Shown here piece after piece: positions 8,763 through 18,445 of a DNA stretch of 64,000 nt. The notes beneath the pieces are model-generated. The model did not search any database. It had not been told where the DNA came from and saw only the letters and a program-made list of their open reading frames with translations. Positions within the stretch are counted from its first letter, which is position 1. Each line of letters begins with the position of its first letter. A program made the translations under genes and the position numbers. The stretch is from Verrucomicrobiaceae bacterium. Lineage in GTDB: Bacteria; Verrucomicrobiota; Verrucomicrobiia; Verrucomicrobiales; Akkermansiaceae. The stretch spans positions 128,130 to 192,129 of the forward strand of contig JBPOGH010000010.1 in assembly GCA_051252135.1 (NCBI GenBank), given 5' to 3'.

Positions 8763-10468
8763 CGGAACAATCTTTCGGGTGGGATGACGGTATCTCCGAC
8801 CTCGAGGGGCGGTGATTTTTGGAGGGAGGGGGGAGCTTGTTTGAAGGTGATCTTGGAGGGGTTTTCCTTGAGCCAGTAACGTTTTTCATCGGTCCGGAGG
8901 ACGCCGAGATCGATGAGGAGATTGAGGCGTGCGCCGAGGTAGTCGACGAGGGCGCGGGTCTCGGCATTTTGGGCGGCGATGAGGGCGTCCTGGGATTCGG
9001 AGAGGCGGCTGAAGACGACGGTGCCGGCCTTGAGGCGGAGTTGGTTTCCTTCGACGCGTTTTTTAGCGAGGACGACGGCGTTTTGCTGAATTTCGTAGGA
9101 CTGGCGGATTTGTTCAAGCTCGCGGATGCGGCGGTCGAGGAGGTTCCGAAGTTCGTCGAAATTCTGGCCGAGGGTGCGGGTGGCGGACTCGAAGTTGATG
9201 AGGGTGGCGCGGTAGTCGTTGCGCTCGCGGAGTCGGTCGAGGGGGAGGTTGAGCTGAAGGCCGACGGAGGTGCGGACGTTTTTGAAGTCGAAATCGGTGT
9301 AGTCGGTGGGGCCGCCGTCGTTGTTGATTGAGCCGCTTCCGACGAGGTTGAGGTCGGCCTTGAGTTGGTTGGCAGCGATGGCGACCTGGCGCTTGTTGTC
9401 CTCGAAGCGGTCGATTTGGTTAAAGAGGGGGAGACGGTGGTCGAGGGCGATGAGGAAGGCCTCGTGGCTGACGAGGTGGAGGGATTTGGCTCCGGCCTTT
9501 CGGATGAGGTCGATTTCCTTGTCATCGAGGCGGAGTTCGGTGGTTTGGGGGAGACCGAGGGTGATTTTGAAGCGATCGAGGGCGTTGCGGTAGCTGGTGA
9601 TGGAGCTGATGTAGCGGTTTTTGGCCTCGAGTTCGTCCTGCTCGGCATCGCCGATGGCTTCGGGTGATTCGCGGTCTTCGCGGGCGGTGAGGTATTCGCG
9701 GTTTCCCTTACGGGAGTCGTAGTTGTTGTACTCGTTGAAGATGACGTTCTTGAGTTGGAGGAGGTCGAAGTAGTCGTTGACGATTTCGACCGAGAAGGTG
9801 TTTTGGAAGTGGGAGAAATCGCGGACGGCGTAGACGACGTTGCGGTTGGCCTGGGTGAGTCGTTCGGCGGCGATTTGGGTTCCGGCACCGCGGAGGAGGG
9901 GCTGGGTGAGGTTGAGGCTGATGACGGAGGCGGCGGAGCGGCGGGGGTCGCCGGTGAAGTATTTGAGGAGGTCGTTGGCGATGTTGATGCCGAGGCTTCC
10001 GCCGGCGAGGAGGGCTTGATCGGCTCCGATATTTGAGGAGGAGGTTCCGGTGCGTTCGCCATCGCTCAGGCGTGAGTAGTCGGCGCGGGTGGAGCCGAAG
10101 AGATTGGGGCGGAAGTTGTGGCGTTCACCGGTGAGGGTAAGGGCGGTGAGGTAGAGTTTTTCCTTTTCCGACTGGTATTCGCGGCTGTTGGCGATGGCGT
10201 AGGTGAGGGCGTCATCGAGGCTGAGGGTAACTTTTCCGCGTTTGCTTCGGGAGTTGAGGACCTTGGCGGTGGTGACGTCCTTGGTTTTTTGGTCGGAGGT
10301 CGGGGTATCGATGGAGAAGTCCGAGGAAGTGCCGAAAATGTCGGACTCGACTTTTTGAAGGATGGCGTAGACGTCCTTGTCAGCCCGGTTTTTGTGATGT
10401 GTTGCGCTACAACCGTTGAGAAACAATACGGTGAGAAATCCGCCGAGAAGGGAAGAGAGAGCTGACAT
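8759..10468 (-). CDS. TolC-family outer membrane efflux lipoprotein
   Basis: Lipobox FLNGC; LSLDDALTYA; LTQPLLRG; helical OEP-like repeats; heads the adaptor/ABC operon. Confidence 0.85.
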   Translation of the reverse strand: MSALSSLLGGFLTVLFLNGCSATHHKNRADKDVYAILQKVESDIFGTSSDFSIDTPTSDQKTKDVTTAKVLNSRSKRGKVTLSLDDALTYAIANSREYQSEKEKLYLTALTLTGERHNFRPNLFGSTRADYSRLSDGERTGTSSSNIGADQALLAGGSLGINIANDLLKYFTGDPRRSAASVISLNLTQPLLRGAGTQIAAERLTQANRNVVYAVRDFSHFQNTFSVEIVNDYFDLLQLKNVIFNEYNNYDSRKGNREYLTAREDRESPEAIGDAEQDELEAKNRYISSITSYRNALDRFKITLGLPQTTELRLDDKEIDLIRKAGAKSLHLVSHEAFLIALDHRLPLFNQIDRFEDNKRQVAIAANQLKADLNLVGSGSINNDGGPTDYTDFDFKNVRTSVGLQLNLPLDRLRERNDYRATLINFESATRTLGQNFDELRNLLDRRIRELEQIRQSYEIQQNAVVLAKKRVEGNQLRLKAGTVVFSRLSESQDALIAAQNAETRALVDYLGARLNLLIDLGVLRTDEKRYWLKENPSKITFKQAPPSLQKSPPLEVGDTVIPPERLFR

Positions 10469-10627
10469 CAGAGACTGGGATAGGAGGCGAGAAGGTCTTC
10501 AGTGGTCGGGGGATTAGTTAGTAAACGCAATGAAGAAGGAAATTTGTCGGATAAATGTCAAAATTGTGAGGGGAGATAGGTGGGATTCGGTCATGCAAGA
10601 GGGAGTGGGGTGTGATAGTTTCGGGGC

Positions 10628-12346
10628 GTGCGGAGTTTCTTGATTCTATTTTTGCTGCTTGGTTCCTTGTCGGGCGGGTCGTTGAGGATTGAGGTGGATC
10701 ATCGGTTTGACGGTAAGCCGTTGATGATGGGGTCGCTGAAGTATGGGGAGGGGGAGGTGTTTTCGGTGACGCGTCTGGCTTACCTGTTATCGGACTTTGC
10801 GGTGCAGCGTGAGGATAGCTCCTGGGAGGAGATTGGGGGTCAGCAGGCGTATTTTGATGCGGGGAAGAGGCGGACGGGAGTGACCTTGACGGGAGTTCCG
10901 GCGGGGAAGTTCAAGGCGGTGCGGTTCTCGGTGGGGGTTCCGGAGGCGTTGAATCACGGGGATCCGGCGAAGTTGGGGGCGGAGCATGCGCTGAATCCGA
11001 ATGTGAACCAGCTGCATTGGGACTGGAAGGGGGGGTATGTTTTTTTGGCTTTGGAGGGGCGGTTCCGGGGGAAGGGCGGTGAGTTGGAGGGGTATGTTTA
11101 TCATTTGGCGAATGACCAGAATTTGTCGCGGATCCAGGTGCCGATGGCGTTTGAGGTGAAGGAGGCGACGGCGCTGCGGCTGGCGCTGGATGTGAAGAAG
11201 TTGTTGGGGAGTCCGCGGGCGATTTCGTTTGAAAAGGACGGGACGGCGACGCACTCGCGGGAAGGTGATCCGATTGCGAGTGCTCTGGTGGCGAATCTGC
11301 AGACGGCATTTGCGCCGGTGGGGGTGGGTTATCCGCCGGCGGAGGTTCCGAAGGATCCGGTGGAGCCGCTTTATTTGCCGGAGAAGTATGAGGCGTATCC
11401 TTTTAAGACGAGTCGGCATTTTCCGATGCCGATGTTGCCAAGGGATAATCCGCTGTTGAAAGAGCGGGTGGCGGTGGGGGAGAAGATCTTTTTTGAGAGT
11501 TTGTTGTCGATTGATGACACCGTTTCCTGTGCGGCGTGCCATGCGCCGTATTGGGCGTTTACGGATCAGATTCCGATTGCGCGGGGGTTTGAGGGGAGGT
11601 TTGGGGAGCGGAACTCGATGCCGTTGTTTAATCTGGCGTGGAAGTCGTCGTTTTTCTGGGACGGGCGTGCGGGGTCGCTGCGCGAGCAGGTGCTGATACC
11701 GATTGAGCATCCGAAGGAGATGGCGGCGAGGATGAGCACGGTGCTGCGGCGGTTGAACGGGCGGAAGGAATACCGGGAGGCCTTTGAGGCGGGGTTTGGG
11801 CCGGGGGAGATTACGCCGGAGAAGATTGCGTTGGCGCTGGAGAATTATGTCTTAACGCTGACGAGCTATGATTCGAAATTTGACCAGGCGATGGCGGGGA
11901 AGGAGAAGTTGAGCGAAGAGGAAGAGCGGGGGATGGAGCTGTTTTTTACGGAGTATGATCCCCGGAGCGGGCAGTATGGGGCGGACTGCTTTCACTGTCA
12001 TGGGGGGGCGAACTTTTCCGATCATCAGTTTCACAATAACGGATTGAAGCCGACGAGGGATGAGGGGCGGTATGGGGTGACGAAGAAGGCGGAGGACCGG
12101 TTTTCGTTTTCGACGCCCAGTTTGCGGAATGTGGGGCTGACGGCGCCGTACATGCATGACGGTCGGTTCGAGACGCTGGAGGAGGTGGTGAAGCATTACA
12201 GCGGGCCGATGCATCGGTCGGAGTCGCTGGCGCCGAGCTTGGCGAAGCATCCGAAGGAGGGGATTCAGTTGAGCGAGAAGGACCAGGCGGCGCTGGTGGC
12301 GTTTTTGAAATCGCTGACGGATCCGAAGTATGATCGGGATTATTAA
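10628..12346 (+). CDS. Fusion of an MbnP-like copper-binding domain and an MbnH/MauG-like di-heme cytochrome c peroxidase
   Basis: Signal peptide; HWDWKGGYVF in the N-terminal domain; CAACH and CFHCH heme motifs; FFWDGRA; TPSLRNVGLTAPYMHDG. Confidence 0.8.
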   Translation: MRSFLILFLLLGSLSGGSLRIEVDHRFDGKPLMMGSLKYGEGEVFSVTRLAYLLSDFAVQREDSSWEEIGGQQAYFDAGKRRTGVTLTGVPAGKFKAVRFSVGVPEALNHGDPAKLGAEHALNPNVNQLHWDWKGGYVFLALEGRFRGKGGELEGYVYHLANDQNLSRIQVPMAFEVKEATALRLALDVKKLLGSPRAISFEKDGTATHSREGDPIASALVANLQTAFAPVGVGYPPAEVPKDPVEPLYLPEKYEAYPFKTSRHFPMPMLPRDNPLLKERVAVGEKIFFESLLSIDDTVSCAACHAPYWAFTDQIPIARGFEGRFGERNSMPLFNLAWKSSFFWDGRAGSLREQVLIPIEHPKEMAARMSTVLRRLNGRKEYREAFEAGFGPGEITPEKIALALENYVLTLTSYDSKFDQAMAGKEKLSEEEERGMELFFTEYDPRSGQYGADCFHCHGGANFSDHQFHNNGLKPTRDEGRYGVTKKAEDRFSFSTPSLRNVGLTAPYMHDGRFETLEEVVKHYSGPMHRSESLAPSLAKHPKEGIQLSEKDQAALVAFLKSLTDPKYDRDY

Positions 12347-12378
12347 AAAAGCCCTTTCGCCGGAAGACGAAAGGGCTT
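12345..12378 (-). terminator. Intrinsic terminator between convergent genes
   Basis: Stem aagccctttcg/cgaaagggctt with A6 run at 12345-12350 (U-tract on the minus strand). Confidence 0.8.
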
Positions 12379-12399
12379 GAGAGAATATTGAGGGATTGA

Positions 12400-13104
12400 C
12401 TAGCGACGACGGCCGAGGAGGCCGAGGAGGGCGATTCCACCAAGGAGGGCCGAGGAAGGCTCGGGAACGACCTGGAGGTTGTTGAAGTAGACGTCTCTGT
12501 CACCTCCTCCTCCGGCATTGTTGTTATAAACGCGAATGGTGTCAAACGAGGGGAGGGTGTTGGCCAGGGTTCCGGTGAAGTTGGATCCGGCCATGTCCAA
12601 GCTATAGGTTCCCGAGGCAGTCATGGTGACTTTCACGTTGAATCCGTCGCCAGTCCAACCGATTCCAGAGAGGGTTGACCCGCTGGAATCAGCGTATCGG
12701 TAGCTGGCGTCGCCATTAGAGTAGGACACGAGGAGGGCTTGGGTGGTGCCATTCAAGAATTCGATTCCGGCGGAACCTCCGGTTTCGATGTAGCCGTTGT
12801 CAAAATCGATGCCGAGAGCTTGTCCGACGGAGAGAGCCCCACCTGCCAGGGCATAGGTGGCGCTGGCAGTCTGGCCGCTGTTTGCATAGAGGGCCCAAGC
12901 CGGGTTGCCGGCCCCGGCGCCACTGGCACCACCGGCGTTTGATGCGGAGTTTCCGGAGAATTCGCCATTTTGGCCTCCATCGCCGGAGGTGGTAGTGATG
13001 GTCCAACCCTGGGTGCTTGGAGATCCGGTAGCTGACAGGGTCATCAGTGTGGCGGCACCAGCAGGAAGAGCCGATGCGCACAATAGGATGAGGTAGGATT
13101 TCAT
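12400..13104 (-). CDS. PEP-CTERM sorting domain-containing surface protein
   Basis: Signal peptide from ATG 13104 (MKSYLILLC...); C-terminal VPEPSSALLGGIALLGLLGRRR. Confidence 0.92.
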   Translation of the reverse strand: MKSYLILLCASALPAGAATLMTLSATGSPSTQGWTITTTSGDGGQNGEFSGNSASNAGGASGAGAGNPAWALYANSGQTASATYALAGGALSVGQALGIDFDNGYIETGGSAGIEFLNGTTQALLVSYSNGDASYRYADSSGSTLSGIGWTGDGFNVKVTMTASGTYSLDMAGSNFTGTLANTLPSFDTIRVYNNNAGGGGDRDVYFNNLQVVPEPSSALLGGIALLGLLGRRR

Positions 13105-13261
13105 TGGTTTGATATGTGGTTGAAGGTCGTAGCCTCTTTGGGCCTTGCACTGGGTAGTCTCAATTCTGAATAAAGAAAAGATCATTTATCGAAAGTCCAT
13201 GTTTCAATTTCATGATAGAAATGAAAAGAGTGGGGAGGAGGTTGTTGTTTTTCCAACAGCA

Positions 13262-13287
13262 GGGCCCGGCGTTTGACAGCCGGGCCC
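13262..13287. terminator. GC-rich hairpin downstream of the FecR gene; terminator- or attenuator-like, direction unclear
   Basis: gggcccggc-gtttgaca-gccgggccc, followed by a T-rich run on the + strand. Confidence 0.45.
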
Positions 13288-13393
13288 ATTTGTTTTTGGG
13301 GGGTATGTTTTGGGGTATGTTTTTGTTGGGGGACAAACACCGGGGTGTCTGCATTCTCCAAATGTCGGAACAGATGGATGGTTTACGAAAAAG

Positions 13394-14800
13394 TTACTTT
13401 TTTTGGAGAATCTTCACAACGAGTTGATCGACATTGAGTTCGCCGCCGTCTCCGTGTGAAAGGCGGATGCGGTCGAAGGCGATTTCGGGGCGGATGACGG
13501 TCTCAAGAAAGGGTTTGGACCGGGCTTGTGGGCCGTGGAAGAGGGCGAGGGCGCCTGTGCGGTAGTCGTAGCGCAGGGTGACCGGGCGGGCACCGGAGAC
13601 GGGGGTTTCGGGGAGGCGTGGGGCGCCATGGCGGCGGACATCGAGGCCCCAGGTAGCCGGATCACCGTGGCAATCGCCGAAGAAGACGATTTCCTCGTTG
13701 CCTTGATAGAGGCTCAAGCCGGCCCAACCGGCGCTGTGGAAGGAGGAGGATGGGCTGGTTTGAAGGGTGACGAGGAGGATGGGCTGGTCGTTGCTTAAGC
13801 GGGGGGCGTTGAGTTGGCCGTAGACCTCCATGTCTCCGAGGCCGCCGAGGAAGTGGTCGCCATCGAGTTGGGGGCGCCCTTTGGTGACTACCCATGGGCC
13901 TTTTCCGGAGGAAGGGCGCTGGCCGCTGAGAGCGCCGGGGGCGTGGCCGAAGGAGTCGCGGAAGACGAGGATTTCGCGGGGGAGGGAGTCGGGGAAGAGG
14001 GTTTTATCGGCAGGAAGGGATTCCATGACTCCGTTGGGTTGGAGTTGAATGGCTTGTCCGGCGAGGAGGTTGCGGGTGGTGCCGGCTGCGGCGGTGGTGA
14101 CTTCGCCATCGAGAACGTGGACTTCACGGGGTTGGCCGGGGTTGGCGAGGAGGCCAAAGCGGGTGCCGAGGTCGACGATTTCCAGATCACCTGAAGTGAC
14201 GGTGAAGCCGTGTCCGGCTTCGGTGACGTGGAAGTGGGCGCGTCCGTGGTCGAGCTCGAGATGAAGGGGGTTGAGATAGCGGAGGGTGGCGGGGGCGTGG
14301 ATCCAGGCGGTGACGCCTTGGGCGAGTTCCAATTGGGTGGTGCCGCGGGTGAGGGTGAGGGTTCCTTCGGCGGGGATTTCGTTACTGGAGATGGAGGTTC
14401 CCGAGGCATCGGTGGCCTCCCAGGCGGCTTCGGGACCGAAGGTGGCGAGAGCGGGAGGGATGGCTGCGGGGGAGGATTTACCGGCTTGCCAAGCCATGAT
14501 GCCAGAGAGGGTGAGGACGGCTGCGATGGCGGCGGGAATGGCGGGGAATTTGCGTTTTTTAGCAGGGAAAGGCGTGGGGGCGGAGAGGGAGAGGGGAGCG
14601 GCTTGGGGGAGGGATTCGATCTTGGCGATGTTGAGAGATTCTCCCATTTCATCCAGGGAGTGGTAGAGGTGGGAGTAACTCAGGTAGCCGGCGCGGAGGT
14701 CGGGGTCCTTCCGAAGGCGATCTTGAAATTGATCGAATTCTTCGGGCGCCATGTCGCCATCGAGAAGATTCTGGATGAGTTGTTCGTCTTCGCGATTCAT
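13394..14800 (-). CDS. FecR-domain anti-sigma factor
   Basis: N-terminal LLDGDM...EEFDQFQDRL; one TM helix; GFTV...IVDLGTRFG, EVHVLDGEV; overlaps the ECF sigma stop. Confidence 0.88.
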   Translation of the reverse strand: MNREDEQLIQNLLDGDMAPEEFDQFQDRLRKDPDLRAGYLSYSHLYHSLDEMGESLNIAKIESLPQAAPLSLSAPTPFPAKKRKFPAIPAAIAAVLTLSGIMAWQAGKSSPAAIPPALATFGPEAAWEATDASGTSISSNEIPAEGTLTLTRGTTQLELAQGVTAWIHAPATLRYLNPLHLELDHGRAHFHVTEAGHGFTVTSGDLEIVDLGTRFGLLANPGQPREVHVLDGEVTTAAAGTTRNLLAGQAIQLQPNGVMESLPADKTLFPDSLPREILVFRDSFGHAPGALSGQRPSSGKGPWVVTKGRPQLDGDHFLGGLGDMEVYGQLNAPRLSNDQPILLVTLQTSPSSSFHSAGWAGLSLYQGNEEIVFFGDCHGDPATWGLDVRRHGAPRLPETPVSGARPVTLRYDYRTGALALFHGPQARSKPFLETVIRPEIAFDRIRLSHGDGGELNVDQLVVKILQKK

Positions 14801-15342
14801 GAGGGGAGTTGTTCGTTGGGGAGCTTTGATTCGATGCAGCGGCGCAGGGCGGCGCGGATGCGGAAAAGGGTGGCCTTGAGGGTGCCTACGCTGCGTTGGG
14901 TGGCTTGGGCGTAGTCTTCGAGGGGCTTATCGGTGGTGTAGCGGTGATGGAGGAGTTCGCGGTCCTTATCGCGGAGGCGTCCGAGGCAGTCGGTGAGGGC
15001 CTGATGGCGTTCGTCGACTTCCTTGGGCCCGTTTTGAGTGTCGTCGGAAAAAGTGTCGAGGAGGTCGTCATCGAAGATGAGCCATCCCTGCCGCTGGAGT
15101 TTGCGGCGGTGGTTGAGGATATGGTAGCGAACGATTTGGAAGGCCCAGGCTTTGAAGTTGGTGCCCAGTTCGAAGTGATCCCTTTTGTTCCAGAGGGTGA
15201 TGTTGACCTCCTGCTGGAGGTCACGCGCGCCGCTGGACCCGGGGGTGAGGGAGCGGATGTAGGCGAGAATGGCCGACTGGTGATCGGTCAGAATGGTGAC
15301 AAACTGAGCGGTGTGGTCGGGGGTTGGAGACGGTTCGGTCAC
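14797..15342 (-). CDS. ECF RNA polymerase sigma factor (Rhodopirellula/Verrucomicrobium type)
   Basis: DLQQEVNITLW; NFKAWAFQIVRY; region 4 TLFRIRAALRRCIE. Confidence 0.92.
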   Translation of the reverse strand: MTEPSPTPDHTAQFVTILTDHQSAILAYIRSLTPGSSGARDLQQEVNITLWNKRDHFELGTNFKAWAFQIVRYHILNHRRKLQRQGWLIFDDDLLDTFSDDTQNGPKEVDERHQALTDCLGRLRDKDRELLHHRYTTDKPLEDYAQATQRSVGTLKATLFRIRAALRRCIESKLPNEQLPS

Positions 15343-15524
15343 GGGAGAGAGTTGATCCTCATCCTGATTATGTTCAAGACAACCGGAGGGTTCATTTTTT
15401 CTTACGAATTTTTTTCAGGTTGGGTGGGAAGAGGAGAGCCGGGGGAAGGTAAACCTTCAATAAATCGGTAATAAAAACGATGTTCCTTTTTGGGGAAATG
15501 ACGGTATAAACCTGATCCCCCCTT

Positions 15525-15755
15525 ATGAATGCCTGGATCAAATGCCCGACCTGTGGAGGAGTCCTGAAAGCCCAACCCGGCGTATCGGAAGGACCCTGTG
15601 TTTTTTGTGAAACCGTTCTGCGCGTGAATGTGCAGGTGGCCGTGGTGTCCGGTGAAGGTTCCGAGAGCGAGATCGGGCTGCGTGAGGTGGGTGGAGGGAG
15701 CCCGTTGCTTCGCACCCCGCTTCCCAAATTGACGCGGAGTGGCAAGTCGGTTTAG
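15525..15755 (+). CDS. Small putative zinc-ribbon protein
   Basis: 76 aa with CPTC...CVFC; occupies an otherwise empty interval behind an AT-rich upstream region. Confidence 0.55.
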   Translation: MNAWIKCPTCGGVLKAQPGVSEGPCVFCETVLRVNVQVAVVSGEGSESEIGLREVGGGSPLLRTPLPKLTRSGKSV

Positions 15756-15846
15756 TGGGCGGGCGTAATTGGAGAAAAGTCCGCTTGCGGCGATTTCCTG
15801 TTAGGGTAGGTGTGTATTCGCGTATTGGAGAGATCGCACACACTTT

Positions 15847-16917
15847 ATGAGTTCTTCTTTGACTGTAGCCGAAGCCCGGGAGCAATTGGATGCCCGCACC
15901 CGTGAAATGATCAACTGGCATTTTTCGCCGGAAACGGGATGTCCCTACTGGCTTGATTGGGCCAAGAATGCGGGGTGGGATCCCCGGGAAAAGGTGACGA
16001 AGTTTGCCGACATGTTGCATTTTGACAATTTCGATGACGAAGTGCTGCGGAAAGAGGATCCGGCGAAGTTTATTCCGAAGGCGTATGAAGGGCGTCCTTA
16101 CAATGTTTTCGAGACCGGTGGTACGACCGGGATGCCGAAGCAGCGGATTGGATGGGAAGACTACAAGACGGATTACACCGAGTTTTCCGAGCATTACGGT
16201 CCCGACTTTTTCCCGCAGGGAGCGAATTGGCTGATGGTGGGGCCGACGGGGCCGCGTCGGTTGCGTTTGGCGATTGAGCATTTGGCGAACATCCGGGGAG
16301 GGGCGTGTTACTTTATCGATCTGGATCCCCGCTGGGTGAAGCGGCTGATTGGGATGGGGGAGATGCAGATGGCGAAGGCTTATCAGGAGCACGTGATTGA
16401 TCAGGCGGTGACGATTATTCGGCATCGGGACATCAAATGCATTTTTACGACGCCGAGGCTTCTTGAGAGTCTCTCGTTGCGGATGTCGCTCGCGGACGCG
16501 GGGATTCGCGGGGTGTTTGCGGGGGGGACGACGATGACTCCGCAGTATGTGAAGTTTATTCAGGAGGAGGTATTGGAAGGAAAGATCAACTACGCGCCGA
16601 CCTACGGGAATACCTTGATGGGGCTCGCGATTTCGAAGAAGCGTGAGCCGGGTGAGTATTCGCTGACCTACTACGCGCCCCAGCCTCGTGCGACGCTGCG
16701 GGTGGTGGATCCGAAGGATTCGACGAAGATGGTGGAGTATGGTGAATACGGTCGGGTGGAGCTGACGACGATGACGAACGAGTTTTTTGTGCCGCGCTTC
16801 CTGGAGCGTGATGAGGCGATTCGGCGTCCCGAGTGTGAGGAATTTCCCTGGGATGGAGTGGGCGATGTGCGGCCGTTCCAATCGGGGACGAAGGCGGTGA
16901 TTGAGGGAGTTTATTAA
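15847..16917 (+). CDS. GriC/EhpF-like short ANL-superfamily adenylating enzyme
   Basis: WHFSPETGCPYWL; FETGGTTGMPK phosphate-binding loop; IDLDPRWVK; YGNTLMG; ERD. Confidence 0.8.
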   Translation: MSSSLTVAEAREQLDARTREMINWHFSPETGCPYWLDWAKNAGWDPREKVTKFADMLHFDNFDDEVLRKEDPAKFIPKAYEGRPYNVFETGGTTGMPKQRIGWEDYKTDYTEFSEHYGPDFFPQGANWLMVGPTGPRRLRLAIEHLANIRGGACYFIDLDPRWVKRLIGMGEMQMAKAYQEHVIDQAVTIIRHRDIKCIFTTPRLLESLSLRMSLADAGIRGVFAGGTTMTPQYVKFIQEEVLEGKINYAPTYGNTLMGLAISKKREPGEYSLTYYAPQPRATLRVVDPKDSTKMVEYGEYGRVELTTMTNEFFVPRFLERDEAIRRPECEEFPWDGVGDVRPFQSGTKAVIEGVY

Positions 16918-17026
16918 AAGTTTTCAGTGTGAAGTGTTCAGTTTGAAGCCTTGGGCTCTGTTTTGCACTTCGAACATTCTTTCCCGTCTAGTCTTTCAAA
17001 CTTCCAACCGAACATTTTTAACTTCA

Positions 17027-18439
17027 ATGCAAATTCCAATCCTGCGCCTTGGCGAAACTTATGAGTCGGCTGACCTCGTCGAGCTGAATGAAAATCTGGT
17101 GACGCATACTGCGAATCCGGGGTTGATCCGGCGTGATCTGCTGCGTATTTCGGAGTCGAAGGCGGCGCTCGATGCGATTCCAGCGGAGACGCTGGCGGAT
17201 TATTGTGAGGCGGCGGCGGAGCTTTTTATGCATGCCGATCTTCCTTGTGGTGACTCGATCCAGGGTCCGCAGGATTATGTTGAGGCGCTCTCTGATTTGA
17301 CGCGACTTCCCCACACCTTGGTGAGGATGAACATGGGGAAAATTCATGCGGCGATGTCGCAGATTCGCACGGTGATAGGCGGGTTGACGCGGGGGATGTC
17401 GCTGGAGATTTTTGACCGGGGGATTGCTTCGGTGGGCGATCTGGAGGTGAATTACTATCCGGCGACGAGTTCGTTGGGGGTTTCGCTGCCGAGCAATGCG
17501 CCGGCGGTGAACTCGCTGTGGATTCCGGCATTGGTGATGAAGATTCCGGTGCTGCTGAAGCCGGGACGTGAGGATCCGTTTACGCCTTTGCGGATTGTGC
17601 AGGCGATGATTCAGGCGGGTTTTCCGAAGGAGGCGTTCGGGTATTATCCGACGACGCACGAGGGTGGTGACACCTTGCTGACTTCCTGTGGAGCCGGTAT
17701 TTCGTTTGGCTCGGATGTGACGGTGCGGAAGTATGCGCCCTTTAAGACGATTCAGGTGCACGGAACGGGGCGTTCGAAGATTTTGATCGGGAATGATTTC
17801 ATCGACCGATGGGAAGATTATCTCGATGTGCTGGTGACTTCGATTTCGGCCAATGGCGGTCGGAGTTGCATCAACACCTCGGCGATTTTGGTGCCGTCGC
17901 ACGGGGCTGAGATTGCGGATGCCCTGGCAGCGAGGCTGGCGGAGATCGAGCCGTTGGCGCGTGATGACGGGAATGCGTTGTTGTGTGGCTTTGCGAATAC
18001 GGATTTGGCGGACGGGATTGACGGGATGATCGAAGGACTTCTGGAGGAAGAGGGGGCCGAGGATGTGACGGCGCGGCATCGCAAGGGGGCGCGGAAGGTG
18101 GAAGCCTTTGAGCAGACTTATCTTTGTCCGACGCTGGTGGCTTGTGATGACAAGGATCACCCGCTGGCCAACACCGAGTTCATGTTTCCGTATGCGAGTA
18201 TCGTGGAGATGCCGCAAGAGGAGATGCTGGCCAACATTGGCGAGACGCTGGTGGTGAGTGCCTTTACCGAGGACAAGGAATGGATTCAGCAATTGATGCT
18301 GAGTCCGGATATTGAGCGCCTCAACATTGGACCGTTTCCGACGAACCGGGTGCAGTGGGAGCAGCCGCATGAGGGGAATCTTTTTGAGTTCCTTTATCAT
18401 CGGAGAGCGATTCAGGGTGATCTTTCGGCGGTGCGTTAA
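17027..18439 (+). CDS. GriD/EhpG-like aldehyde dehydrogenase-fold acyl reductase
   Basis: LPSNAPAVN; LLKPGREDP; HGTGRSK; GGRSCINTS (catalytic Cys); EFMFP; QPHEGNL; start set at ATG 17027. Confidence 0.8.
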   Translation: MQIPILRLGETYESADLVELNENLVTHTANPGLIRRDLLRISESKAALDAIPAETLADYCEAAAELFMHADLPCGDSIQGPQDYVEALSDLTRLPHTLVRMNMGKIHAAMSQIRTVIGGLTRGMSLEIFDRGIASVGDLEVNYYPATSSLGVSLPSNAPAVNSLWIPALVMKIPVLLKPGREDPFTPLRIVQAMIQAGFPKEAFGYYPTTHEGGDTLLTSCGAGISFGSDVTVRKYAPFKTIQVHGTGRSKILIGNDFIDRWEDYLDVLVTSISANGGRSCINTSAILVPSHGAEIADALAARLAEIEPLARDDGNALLCGFANTDLADGIDGMIEGLLEEEGAEDVTARHRKGARKVEAFEQTYLCPTLVACDDKDHPLANTEFMFPYASIVEMPQEEMLANIGETLVVSAFTEDKEWIQQLMLSPDIERLNIGPFPTNRVQWEQPHEGNLFEFLYHRRAIQGDLSAVR

Positions 18440-18445
18440 ATCGAT

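Noticed and set aside
12347..13393. Search for 3'-end duplications around the PEP-CTERM genes at 12400-13104 and 60718-61509
   Set aside because: No copy of a neighbouring gene end found by eye in either flank, so they are not counted as cassettes
15343..15420. Putative autoregulatory ECF promoters upstream of the two sigma genes (GTAAG... here; GGTCA...CGTTAA near 53340-53370)
   Set aside because: No convincing second copy upstream of candidate target genes; too weak to call
16901..17026. Longer N-termini given by the ORF track (e.g. 16901, 21785, 39379, 44218, 46760, 13185, 37458, 32558)
   Set aside because: The extensions overlap neighbours, repeats or promoters; downstream starts give proper signal peptides or domain boundaries
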